A DNA stretch of 21,430 nucleotides from Eledone cirrhosa (GCA_964016885.1 CAXHJY010001346.1:1-21430), one strand, 5' to 3'. Counted from the stretch's first letter, positions 1-14,089 are shown. Made by a program: numbers and translations. Notes: a model not told the origin generated them from the sequence alone.

Positions 1-454
1 ACCATTCCTTGTCAATAAGTTTTTCTTAAGCTAACAGATGTCTATAAAATCAGTGGGGGGTCACTCATGGTCGATAGAATTAAAGAAAAGGGAGATTCTT
101 TAAAAGCTAAAGTCATTAAGGTTCTACTAAGTGACAAAGGTCTAGAGAATTCTGCAGACAGATTCAAAATACTGAGTGCATATCTTACTATTATCTTCGA
201 ACTTCTCTTAAACTAATCAACTATATGCCAAAAATCAACAGACACATTCACAAAAAAACAAAAAAACAAAAAAACAAAAAAACACATACTCACTCACACA
301 CTTATGCGCAACCATAAACACACACACAAACACATATACACACATAAAAACACACACACATATATAAAAATATATAAAAATATATAAATATATATTCATG
401 TACACACACATACATACACACATACATACATACATACATATATAATACATATAC

Positions 455-465
<11 letters not shown>
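1..465. repeat. Large inverted duplication, left outer arm (mirror of ~6340-6733)
   Basis: 1-280 is the reverse complement of ~6455-6733 with about 2 substitutions seen (positions 23, 64); 360-465 mirrors ~6340-6445; ~290-350 is missing on the right. May continue left of the window. Confidence 0.93.
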
Positions 466-509
<44 letters not shown>

Positions 510-510
510 A

Positions 511-557
<47 letters not shown>

Positions 558-643
558 CATATACAAACATACACATACGTTCACAGACCTATACATAAAT
601 ATACACATATATATACAGACATATAACGCATATATACACACAC

Positions 644-691
<48 letters not shown>

Positions 692-799
692 ATATACACA
701 CACACGCGCATACACACATACACACACATACACACATATATACATACATACATACATACACATACACATACATATACACATATATATACACACATATAT

Positions 800-848
<49 letters not shown>

Positions 849-895
849 CACATATATATATATATACATATACACACATATACACATACACATAC

Positions 896-940
<45 letters not shown>

Positions 941-1009
941 CACACAAATACACATATACATACATATACACACACACACATACACACATATACATATATA
1001 CATACAAAT

Positions 1010-1042
<33 letters not shown>

Positions 1043-1067
1043 CACACCTGCCCACACAACCATATAC

Positions 1068-1127
<60 letters not shown>

Positions 1128-1143
1128 GCACACACATACATAC

Positions 1144-1227
<84 letters not shown>

Positions 1228-1275
1228 ATATATACACACATACATACATATACATATATACACATATATATATAT

Positions 1276-1316
<41 letters not shown>

Positions 1317-1435
1317 CATACATATACACATACACATACATATACACACACATACATACGCACATACACATACATATACATAAACATACATACACATACA
1401 TACATGCATACATACATACATACATACACATATAT

Positions 1436-1486
<51 letters not shown>

Positions 1487-1550
1487 CACAAATATATACA
1501 TACATATACATACATAAATATACACACATAAAACACATATACACACAAAC

Positions 1551-1595
<45 letters not shown>

Positions 1596-1640
1596 TACAT
1601 ACACATATACACATATACAAACAAATATATACACATACAA
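281..1640. repeat. Compound (CA)n/(TA)n/(CATA)n microsatellite
   Basis: Direct inspection. Confidence 0.97.
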
Positions 1641-1764
1641 GTAAATAGGTACTCAATAAATATACGCATATACGCAGGCACATAAAGACACCTCTACAGG
1701 CAGAAAATGTAGATACGAAAGAGGTACTCACATAACCATAGTGGCCGTATTTCAGGTTGAGGAG

Positions 1765-1783
1765 GGGTGGGGGTAGGGTGGGG
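1765..1783 (+). other. Potential G-quadruplex in the PLE 3' region (antisense/cDNA strand)
   Basis: GGGG-T-GGGGG-TA-GGG-T-GGGG: four runs of at least 3 G with 1-2 nt loops; more G runs extend to 1811. Motif only. Confidence 0.55.
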
Positions 1784-1817
1784 AGGAGGTATAGGGGCCA
1801 ATAGGGGGAGGTCGTTT

Positions 1818-3521
1818 TTAGCCATCGGGCTTTAACACTGGCTTAAAGTGTTTGAATGTTGCAAAGTTCTTGTGCATGCAGTTCGGGCAGTGTTCAGAGA
1901 GTTTGTTCAGTAGCGGGCCCTTGGCGAATAAAATTTCGTAGCTCTCTGAAATACAAAGGTCGCAGCCCTTGTGTCCTCCGTTGTAAGAGCGCGCTTTCTG
2001 GAGTATTTTCCAATTAAGCGTGAAGGGGGTGGAGTTCCTTTTGAGGTCCCAAAGGTAGAAGGCGAGTGTTGTCTGATTTGATTTATCCGGTCTTCTGAAG
2101 GAGTGGGTATGGGCATACCAACGGGTCTTAAAGCTGTTGGAGGTCATTCCGATGTAAGTTTTTTTGCAATCCTCGGTGCCTGAGATGACATCGCATTTGT
2201 ATACGATGTCATTTGTGAGGCATTTGTTTTCTAGTGGGCATGCTTCCTTATTTAAGCAATTACATAGAGCCCCAGTCCGGGGATTGGTTTCGGAGGTGGT
2301 TGGCTTATTTAGTTTAGAGTTGTGGTTGGCTATATTCCTAGCTAGGTTAGGTGTGGTGGAGTAAGACAGTCTTATAGTGTTCTTATTAAAGATGGTGTAG
2401 TACCTATGTTGTATGGGGAAGTGTAATTTCAGTAAAGTGAAGAAAATCCTAGCTATCGGAGTAGATACCTCTCTATTGAAGGGAGGTTTGTACCAGCTAA
2501 TCTGCCTATGTCTATTCCTCCTCTGCAATTTTGCGGTGGTTTCTAGGTAAGTTATCTTATCTTTAAAACCGCTACGGGCTAGGGCGTCATTGTAGTAGGA
2601 GGCAGAAGCATTAAAAATATCTTTGTTGGCGGAGAGGCCAGATATTCTAATAGATACGCTTTTTACTAGGTTATCAGTTATGTTTTGGGGGTGGTTTGAA
2701 TTAACATTAATATATTTAAGGGACTCGTTAGGTTAGTGGTACGGGTAATAGAGGGAAGTATCTAGGTCGAGAGTGACATCTAAGAAGTTGGTCCTAGTCA
2801 AATTAGAATCTATAGTTATACTAAATCCTAGATTAGAGAAGAAAGAGCTTAAGTTTTTCCGAAACCCATCGGTGGTTCTGGGGCTAACCTCATGCAGGGC
2901 GAAGAGGCCGTCGTCTCGGTATAAACCTCCAGTTAGGCCGGTAAAGAGGTTCTTCAGGTTATGTAGGATGTACAGGCCCACAAGGTCGCTAATTTCAGCC
3001 GAGTCACTCGCCCCCATGCTAACGTCAAATGGGGTCTGAGATTTCTTGTTGATCCAGTAAGATCCATCGTGGTATAGAAAGGTCTTACGAGCGTGGAGGA
3101 TAATAACTTGCTCAGCATCGGTAATGGTGGTAAAATTCCTGGCAAAGTTAATTGCGTCCTTCAGGAGGGGCTCCGAGATAGAGGCATAGTAGTTTTCTAT
3201 GTCGAGTTGCAGGAAGCGAGTGTGGTGTTTATCGGGTAATTCTTGGAACCATGATATTGCCTCAGATGTTCTACTCCAGAGTGGAAGTGGTGAGGCTGCC
3301 CGCAATGATGGTAGAACTCTATCCAGGATCTTCTTACTGATAGAGCCGATGTCAGAACGAGTGGGGTTGATAAGTCTGACTGATGGTTTGTTGAGGAAAT
3401 TTCCCTTATGGTCATTCAGGGTAAAGTGCGGGGTCTTTACCCTTAAAGATTCGGTTCGGTCATGTAATTTAAGGGACTTGGCGATTTCTTTTCCAGCCGC
3501 GTTTGTCTCAGTCAGCAGAGA
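1818..3521 (-). pseudogene. Penelope-like element ORF (reverse transcriptase + Zn-knuckle linker + GIY-YIG endonuclease), Naiad-like; 5'-truncated, one premature TAA at 2733-2735
   Basis: Manual translation shows tracked ORFs 2733-3305 and 1818-2528 are in the same frame, separated only by TAA (YYPYH*PNESLKYINVNSNHP). The frame stays open upstream to ~3521 (TLNDHKGNF..RLINPTRSDIGSISKKILD). RT motifs: FLQLDIENYYASI, DVSMGASDSAEISDLVG, GLYRDDGL, NFLDVTLDL. Linker CNCLNKEACPLENKC (CxCx5Cx5C). Endonuclease: IVYKC..TYIGMTSNSFKTRWYAH, CDLCISE, LLNK. Clade assignment is from recalled motif patterns, not a search. Confidence 0.93.
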
Positions 3522-3547
3522 GTGTGTATATATATTTTGTCTGTGGG

Positions 3548-3582
3548 TGTGTGTATGTGTGTATGCGCGTGTGTGTGTATAT

Positions 3583-3630
<48 letters not shown>

Positions 3631-3727
3631 GTATATGTGTGTGTATATATGCGTTATATGTCTGTATATATATGTGTATATTTATGTATAGGTCTGTGAA
3701 CGTATGTGTATGTTTGTATATGTATGG

Positions 3728-3787
<60 letters not shown>

Positions 3788-3944
3788 ATATATATATATA
3801 TATATGTGTGCATATGTGTGTGTGTATGGATATTTATACATATGTATACTCGTGTTTGTATGTATGCGTGTGAGTGTATTTATTTGTGTATATATGTGTG
3901 TGTGTGTGTGTGTATGTATGTGTATGTGTGTGTGTATCTGTGTG

Positions 3945-3989
<45 letters not shown>

Positions 3990-4016
3990 TTGTGTGTATA
4001 TATATATATATATATA

Positions 4017-4018
<2 letters not shown>
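3548..4018 (+). repeat. Inverted duplication of the PLE 3' terminal segment
   Basis: GCGTTATATGTCTGTATATATATGTGTATATTTATGTATAGGTCTGTGAACGTATGTG (from 3651) is the reverse complement of the diagnostic stretch at ~572-629; 3728-3960 has no counterpart in the left copy. Confidence 0.85.
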
Positions 4019-4923
<905 letters not shown>

Positions 4924-5399
4924 CGCATACATCCAGATACCCACATACATACACACACACACACACACACAATACATACATCCACATGCACACACATACT
5001 CACACACACACACACACACACATACATACACCCACACACAGAGAAATGGCCTTCAAATATATATATATATATATACATACAGACACATATATTTTTTCCA
5101 TAATATAAGAAGTTGGGGCAGTGAAATTAAAATAATTCTGTGTGCGCATATATATATAGATATACGTGTGTGCACGTGCAGGGTTTAACATGGATGTGTT
5201 GGTCACACAAAGGCATGGTCTGTCAATGAATAAACCTGATTCTACAGAATTGGTCTCTGGTCTTTAATAGTAGTGATTCCGTGCGTATGTGTGTTTATAT
5301 TTTATGACAATTCTATTGGGGTGATAACCCGTTTAGTTTTGGTTTAAATTTGTTAAGGAATAGATTTTCTTTGTTTATTCTTTGTTGTTGTGTGAACGA

Positions 5400-5423
<24 letters not shown>

Positions 5424-5449
<26 letters not shown>

Positions 5450-5452
5450 GCA

Positions 5453-5485
<33 letters not shown>

Positions 5486-5500
5486 GTGTGTGTATGTGTG

Positions 5501-5531
<31 letters not shown>

Positions 5532-5582
5532 ATGTTTGTATGTGTGTATGTATATATATATATGTGTGTATGTATGTGTGGG

Positions 5583-5681
<99 letters not shown>

Positions 5682-5712
5682 GTGTATCTGGATGTATGTG
5701 TATGTATATATA

Positions 5713-5771
<59 letters not shown>

Positions 5772-6331
5772 ATGTGTATATATATGTGTGTGTGTGTATG
5801 TGTGTATGTATATGTATGTGTGTGTGTATGTATGTGTGTATATGTATATATATATATATATATATATGTATATGTATGTGTGTGTATGTGTGGATGAAGG
5901 TATATGTGTGTGTATATTGCTTCCACCCCCTCACTGACCAGCAGCTGGCTATTGCTAAATCTGACCTTTATAAAATAACCCACACCCCAAATAACTTCTC
6001 ATTCACTACCAGAAAGGGACACAGCAGTCAACCTGTTGTTGCTACCTAGATGAAAACTGCTATGAAATCCCACAATGAATTTTATACTTGAATTTTCAAG
6101 TCTCAAATTTTAACTCTTCGTATTATTAATTTTTCTTAATATTAATCAACATTTGAAAAGATGGCTTTTGCAGACCCATCGAAACCGGTCATTTTTTATA
6201 CCCTTTATTATTTCCTTACCTTATAAAATTATGTTTTTTCACAAAAAAGTATTCTGTCTCTTATATATTCCATGTGCCATTACCAACCCCAATTTTCTCT
6301 ATAACCTTCGTTTTGTGTAGAAAATTACACT

Positions 6332-6369
<38 letters not shown>

Positions 6370-6733
6370 GTATTATATATGTATGTATGTATGTATGTAT
6401 GTGTGTGTTCATGAATATATATTTATATATTTTTATATATTTTTATTTATGTGTGTGTGTTTTTTTGTTTTTTTGTTTTTTTGTGAATGTGTCTGTTGAT
6501 TTTTGGCATATAGTTGATTAGTTTAAGAGAAGTTCGAAGATAATAGTAAGATATGCACTCAGTATTTTGAATCTGTCTGCAGAATTCTCTAGACCTTTGT
6601 CACTTAGTAGAACCTTAATGACTTTAGCTTTTAAAGAATCTCCCTTTTCTTTAATTCTATCGACCATGACTGACCCCCCACTGATTTTATAGACATCTGT
6701 TAGCTTAAGAGAAACTTATTGACAAGGAATGGT
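5424..6733. repeat. Large inverted duplication, right arm (uninterrupted)
   Basis: Mirrors 4017-4916 followed by 1-465; spacer ~4917-5423. Confidence 0.93.
6148..6195 (+). ncRNA. Degenerate minimal type I hammerhead ribozyme
   Basis: TTGAAAA (6153-6159, two changes from CTGANGA), helix II GATGG/CCATC, GAAA (6181-6184), palindromic helix III ACCGGT, GUC site; helix I weak (AACAT/ATTTT). Probably inactive. Confidence 0.5.
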
Positions 6734-6865
6734 ATGCCATCCGGAACCTGTTTATAGAATTCTGTCTGCCTTTGTTACTCTAAAAACATAAATAAATATA
6801 AATAAAAATAAAAATAAACTATAGCTTTGTAGAATTAGCTTTTAATGAATTCCCTTTTCTATCAA

Positions 6866-6927
6866 CCAATGACCTGCACCCATCCCACTCCCCACCCTCT
6901 CCTACCACTTGTAGAGACCTATAAATA
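6866..6927 (+). promoter_or_regulatory. Putative Pol II promoter cassette: CCAAT (6866-6870), CCCCACCC (6890-6897), TATAAATA (6920-6927)
   Basis: Three motifs in conventional order and spacing, with the TATA ~30 nt upstream of the HHR start. Motif inference only. Confidence 0.4.
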
Positions 6928-6949
6928 CCATATTTATTTTTTGATACCC

Positions 6950-7000
6950 AGATTCCTGATGATTTCTAATGAATGAAACAGTTCTAGTCCTGTAGAATCT
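6950..7000 (+). ncRNA. Type I hammerhead ribozyme, solo copy
   Basis: Helix I AGATTC/GAATCT; CTGATGA 6956-6962; helix II T-TTC-TAAT-GAA-T; GAAA 6975-6978; helix III ACAG/CTGT with an 8-nt loop; GUA site, predicted cleavage after 6994. Confidence 0.85.
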
Positions 7001-7004
7001 CATC

Positions 7005-8090
<1,086 letters not shown>

Positions 8091-8095
<5 letters not shown>

Positions 8096-8208
8096 GAAAT
8101 ATAAGAATCAAAGAACTGTTCAAAACATTGTTTCCTCCTCGGTTTGGAGGAAACAGCTGTAAGCACAATAATGTTTTGAACAGTTCTTTGATTCTTATAT
8201 TTCATATA
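8091..8208. repeat. Perfect 39-bp inverted repeat enclosing a 9-bp hairpin and the 3' half of a hammerhead
   Basis: 8091-8129 pairs with 8170-8208; GTTTCCTCC/GGAGGAAAC at 8130-8154; GAAA-CAGCTG-TA at 8150-8161; no CTGANGA. Confidence 0.85.
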
Positions 8209-8370
8209 ACTGCTCTGTAAATCATCTGATGTTTTTACATTGAGCTACTTAACTTACTGGTAATAAGGTAGTAATACATTACTGCCTACCACTATTTAGG
8301 GTGTGTGTAAAATACTTACACCTGCTTAAGGTTTTGTGTTTACATAACCATAAATAGTATAACTAATACT

Positions 8371-8487
8371 ATATATGTATATATATATATGTATATATGT
8401 ATATATATATATGTATATATATATATGTATATATATATATGTATATATATATATGTATATATATATATGTATATATGTATATATATA
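8371..8487. repeat. Interrupted (TA)n microsatellite
   Basis: Direct inspection. Confidence 0.95.
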
Positions 8488-10399
8488 TGAATATAGACAT
8501 AGAATATTCGAAAATATTCTGTATGTTTATAATAAACATTTTGAAGACCTAATCGCTATAGAATAGAATACGTCAAGTATTACAATTAGATTCTCGATAA
8601 AAGCAAGGGAAGTAATCTACGCGTTTCATTCTTATTAGAAATCTTCAGGACTACATATCCAGTGCTTTTATCGAGAATGACACAGCTAGAGACTTATAGA
8701 ATACTTAGCTGTGTACAGGAACTGGTTTGAAAGAGCGGATGCCGGTCCGGCAGAAATTAGAAATTGGAATAAATGCTCTGAAATAGCGATATATATGTGA
8801 ATATAGACATAGAATATTCGAAAATATTCTGTATGTTTATAATAAACATTTTGAAGACCTAATCGCTATAGAATAGAATACGTCAAGTATTACAATTAGA
8901 TTCTCGATAAAAGCAAGGGAAGTAATCTACGCGTTTCATTCTTATTAGAAATCTTCAGGACTACATATCCAGTGCTTTTATCGAGAATGACACAGCTAGA
9001 GACTTATAGAATACTTAGCTGTGTACAGGAACTGGTTTGAAAGAGCGGTTGCCGGTCCGGCAGAAATTAGAAATTGGAATAAATGCTCTGAAATAGCGAT
9101 ATATATGTGAATATAGACATAGAATATTCGAAAATATTCTGTATGTTTATAATAAACATTTTGAAGACCTAATCGCTATAGAATAGAATACGTCAAGTAT
9201 TACAATTAGATTCTCGATAAAAGCAAGGGAAGTAATCTACGCGTTTCATTCTTATTAGAAATCTTCAGGACTACATATCCAGTGCTTTTATCGAGAATGA
9301 CACAGCTAGAGACTTATAGAATACTTAGCTGTGTACAGGAACTGGTTTGAAAGAGCGGTTGCCGGTCCGGCAGAAATTAGAAATTGGAATAAATGCTCTG
9401 AAATAGCGATATATATGTGAATATAGACATAGAATATTCGAAAATATTCTGTATGTTTATAATAAACATTTTGAAGACCTAATCGCTATAGAATAGAATA
9501 CGTCAAGTATTACAATTAGATTCTCGATAAAAGCAAGGGAAGTAATCTACGCGTTTCATTCTTATTAGAAATCTTCAGGACTACATATCCAGTGCTTTTA
9601 TCGAGAATGACACAGCTAGAGACTTATAGAATACTTAGCTGTGTACAGGAACTGGTTTGAAAGAGCGGTTGCCGGTCCGGCAGAAATTAGAAATTGGAAT
9701 AAATGCTCTGAAATAGCGATATATATGTGAATATAGACATAGAATATTCGAAAATATTCTGTATGTTTATAATAAACATTTTGAAGACCTAATCGCTATA
9801 GAATAGAATACGTCAAGTATTACAATTAGATTCTCGATAAAAGCAAGGGAAGTAATCTACGCGTTTCATTCTTATTAGAAATCTTCAGGACTACATATCC
9901 AGTGCTTTTATCGAGAATGACACAGCTAGAGACTTATAGAATACTTAGCTGTGTACAGGAACTGGTTTGAAAGAGCGGTTGCCGGTCCGGCAGAAATTAG
10001 AAATTGGAATAAATGCTCTGAAATAGCGATATATATGTGAATATAGACATAGAATATTCGAAAATATTCTGTATGTTTATAATAAACATTTTGAAGACCT
10101 AATCGCTATAGAATAGAATACGTCACGTATTACAATTAGATTCTCGATAAAAGCAAGGGAAGTAATCTACGCGTTTCATTCTTGTTAGAAATCATCAGGA
10201 CTACATATCCAGTGCTTTTATCGAGAATGACACAGCTAGAGACTTATAGAATACTAAGCTGTGTACAGGAACTGGTTTGAAAGAGCGGTTGCCGGTCCGG
10301 CAGAAATTAGAAATTGGAATAAATGCTCTGAAATAGCGATATATATGTGAATATAGACATAGAATATTCGAAAATATTCTGTATGTTTATAATAAACAT
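8488..10399 (-). repeat. 310-bp HHR tandem array, left arm (6.2 units, ribozyme on the minus strand)
   Basis: ATATAGACAT recurs at 8491, 8801, 9111, 9421, 9731, 10041, 10351; HHR cores start at 8612, 8922, 9232, 9542, 9852, 10162. Confidence 0.96.
8590..8678 (-). ncRNA. Type I hammerhead ribozyme, representative of the 6 left-arm copies
   Basis: Reverse complement of the motif above; core 8612-8654. Confidence 0.9.
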
Positions 10400-13184
10400 C
10401 TGCCGGACCGGCAACCGCTCTTTCAAACCAGTTCCTGTACACAGCTAAGTATTCTATAAGTCTCTAGCTGTGTCATTCTCGATAAAAGCACTGGATATGT
10501 AGTCCTGATGATTTCTCTAATAAGAATGAAACGCGTAGATTACTTCCCTTGCTTTTATCGAGAATCTAATTGTAATACTTGACGTATTCTATTCTATAGC
10601 GATTAGGTCTTCAAAATGTTTATTATAAACATACAGAATATTTTCGAATATTCTATGTCTATATTCACATATATATCGCTATTTCAGAGCATTTATTCCA
10701 ATTTCTAATTTCTGCCGGACCGGCAACCGCTCTTTCAAACCAGTTCCTGTACACAGCTAAGTATTCTATAAGTCTCTAGCTGTGTCATTCTCGATAAAAG
10801 CACTGGATATGTAGTCCTGAAGATTTCTAATAAGAATGAAACGCGTAGATTACTTCCCTTGCTTTTATCGAGAATCTAATTGTAATACTTGACGTATTCT
10901 ATTCTATAGCGATTAGGTCTTCAAAATGTTTATTATAAACATACAGAATATTTTCGAATATTCTATGTCTATATTCACATATATATCGCTATTTCAGAGC
11001 ATTTATTCCAATTTCTAATTTCTGCCGGACCGGCAACCGCTCTTTCAAACCAGTTCCTGTACACAGCTAAGTATTCTATAAGTCTCTAGCTGTGTCATTC
11101 TCGATAAAAGCACTGGATATGTAGTCCTGAAGATTTCTAATAAGAATGAAACGCGTAGATTACTTCCCTTGCTTTTATCGAGAATCTAATTGTAATACTT
11201 GACGTATTCTATTCTATAGCGATTAGGTCTTCAAAATGTTTATTATAAACATACAGAATATTTTCGAATATTCTATGTCTATATTCACATATATATCGCT
11301 ATTTCAGAGCATTTATTCCAATTTCTAATTTCTGCCGGACCGGCAACCGCTCTTTCAAACCAGTTCCTGTACACAGCTAAGTATTCTATAAGTCTCTAGC
11401 TGTGTCATTCTCGATAAAAGCACTGGATATGTAGTCCTGAAGATTTCTAATAAGAATGAAACGCGTAGATTACTTCCCTTGCTTTTATCGAGAATCTAAT
11501 TGTAATACTTGACGTATTCTATTCTATAGCGATTAGGTCTTCAAAATGTTTATTATAAACATACAGAATATTTTCGAATATTCTATGTCTATATTCACAT
11601 ATATATCGCTATTTCAGAGCATTTATTCCAATTTCTAATTTCTGCCGGACCGGCAACCGCTCTTTCAAACCAGTTCCTGTACACAGCTAAGTATTCTATA
11701 AGTCTCTAGCTGTGTCATTCTCGATAAAAGCACTGGATATGTAGTCCTGAAGATTTCTAATAAGAATGAAACGCGTAGATTACTTCCCTTGCTTTTATCG
11801 AGAATCTAATTGTAATACTTGACGTATTCTATTCTATAGCGATTAGGTCTTCAAAATGTTTATTATAAACATACAGAATATTTTCGAATATTCTATGTCT
11901 ATATTCACATATATATCGCTATTTCAGAGCATTTATTCCAATTTCTAATTTCTGCCGGACCGGCAACCGCTCTTTCAAACCAGTTCCTGTACACAGCTAA
12001 GTATTCTATAAGTCTCTAGCTGTGTCATTCTCGATAAAAGCACTGGATATGTAGTCCTGAAGATTTCTAATAAGAATGAAACGCGTAGATTACTTCCCTT
12101 GCTTTTATCGAGAATCTAATTGTAATACTTGACGTATTCTATTCTATAGCGATTAGGTCTTCAAAATGTTTATTATAAACATACAGAATATTTTCGAATA
12201 TTCTATGTCTATATTCACATATATATCGCTATTTCAGAGCATTTATTCCAATTTCTAATTTCTGCCGGACCGGCAACCGCTCTTTCAAACCAGTTCCTGT
12301 ACACAGCTAAGTATTCTATAAGTCTCTAGCTGTGTCATTCTCGATAAAAGCACTGGATATGTAGTCCTGAAGATTTCTAATAAGAATGAAACGCGTAGAT
12401 TACTTCCCTTGCTTTTATCGAGAATCTAATTGTAATACTTGACGTATTCTATTCTATAGCGATTAGGTCTTCAAAATGTTTATTATAAACATACAGAATA
12501 TTTTCGAATATTCTATGTCTATATTCACATATATATCGCTATTTCAGAGCATTTATTCCAATTTCTAATTTCTGCCGGACCGGCAACCGCTCTTTCAAAC
12601 CAGTTCCTGTACACAGCTAAGTATTCTATAAGTCTCTAGCTGTGTCATTCTCGATAAAAGCACTGGATATGTAGTCCTGAAGATTTCTAATAAGAATGAA
12701 ACGCGTAGATTACTTCCCTTGCTTTTATCGAGAATCTAATTGTAATACTTGACGTATTCTATTCTATAGCGATTAGGTCTTCAAAATGTTTATTATAAAC
12801 ATACAGAATATTTTCGAATATTCTATGTCTATATTCACATATATATCGCTATTTCAGAGCATTTATTCCAATTTCTAATTTCTGCCGGACCGGCAACCGC
12901 TCTTTCAAACCAGTTCCTGTACACAGCTAAGTATTCTATAAGTCTCTAGCTGTGTCATTCTCGATAAAAGCACTGGATATGTAGTCCTGAAGATTTCTAA
13001 TAAGAATGAAACGCGTAGATTACTTCCCTTGCTTTTATCGAGAATCTAATTGTAATACTTGACGTATTCTATTCTATAGCGATTAGGTCTTCAAAATGTT
13101 TATTATAAACATACAGAATATTTTCGAATATTCTATGTCTATATTCACATATATATCGCTATTTCAGAGCATTTATTCCAATTT
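10400..13184 (+). repeat. 310-bp HHR tandem array, right arm (~9 units, ribozyme on the plus strand)
   Basis: Reverse complement of the left-arm unit; HHR cores start at 10499, 10811, 11121, 11431, 11741, 12051, 12361, 12671, 12981. Confidence 0.96.
10789..10873 (+). ncRNA. Type I hammerhead ribozyme, representative of 15 copies in the 310-bp array
   Basis: Helix I GTAGTC/GATTAC; CTGAAGA 10817-10823; helix II T-TTCT-AATA-AGAA-T; GAAA 10838-10841; palindromic helix III ACGCGT; GUA site, cleavage after 10847. Helix I extends via an internal loop, GGA/TCC, and a perfect TCTCGATAAAAGCA/TGCTTTTATCGAGA stem. Confidence 0.92.
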
Positions 13185-13938
<754 letters not shown>

Positions 13939-14007
13939 AAAGGACGTAAAATAAGAAAATATTTTTTAAAAAAATTTAAAAAAAATTTTTTTCTTACTTA
14001 AATTTTC

Positions 14008-14089
14008 ACTCCAACTAATTAGTTTCTGCAATGGGATAAAGACAGTTACGTAATTCAACTGTCGAGAATTCATTGCGTCATCAGGAAGT
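14008..14089 (-). ncRNA. Type I hammerhead ribozyme with extended helix II, copy 1
   Basis: Minus strand: ACTTC-CTGATGA-C-GCAATG..GACAGTT-(9 nt)-AACTGTC..CATTGC-A-GAAA-CTAATTAG-TT-GGAGT. Helix I ACTTC/GGAGT plus distal ACTTAA/TTAAGT; palindromic helix III ACTAATTAGT; GUU site. Confidence 0.78.

Noticed and set aside
1640-1817. Hammerhead in the PLE 3' region
   Set aside because: No CTGANGA..GAAA with supporting helices on the element strand.
2733-2735. Selenocysteine recoding or a two-ORF organisation
   Set aside because: The codon is TAA, not TGA, at a probable Lys position, and the frame continues unchanged; a point nonsense change is simpler.
1907-3699. Short alternative-frame and antisense ORFs over the PLE
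   Set aside because: Shadows of the RT/endonuclease frame with no recognisable motifs.
5917-6110. Coding remnant [24 protein letters not shown]..
   Set aside because: Short, interrupted by stops, and no family recognised.
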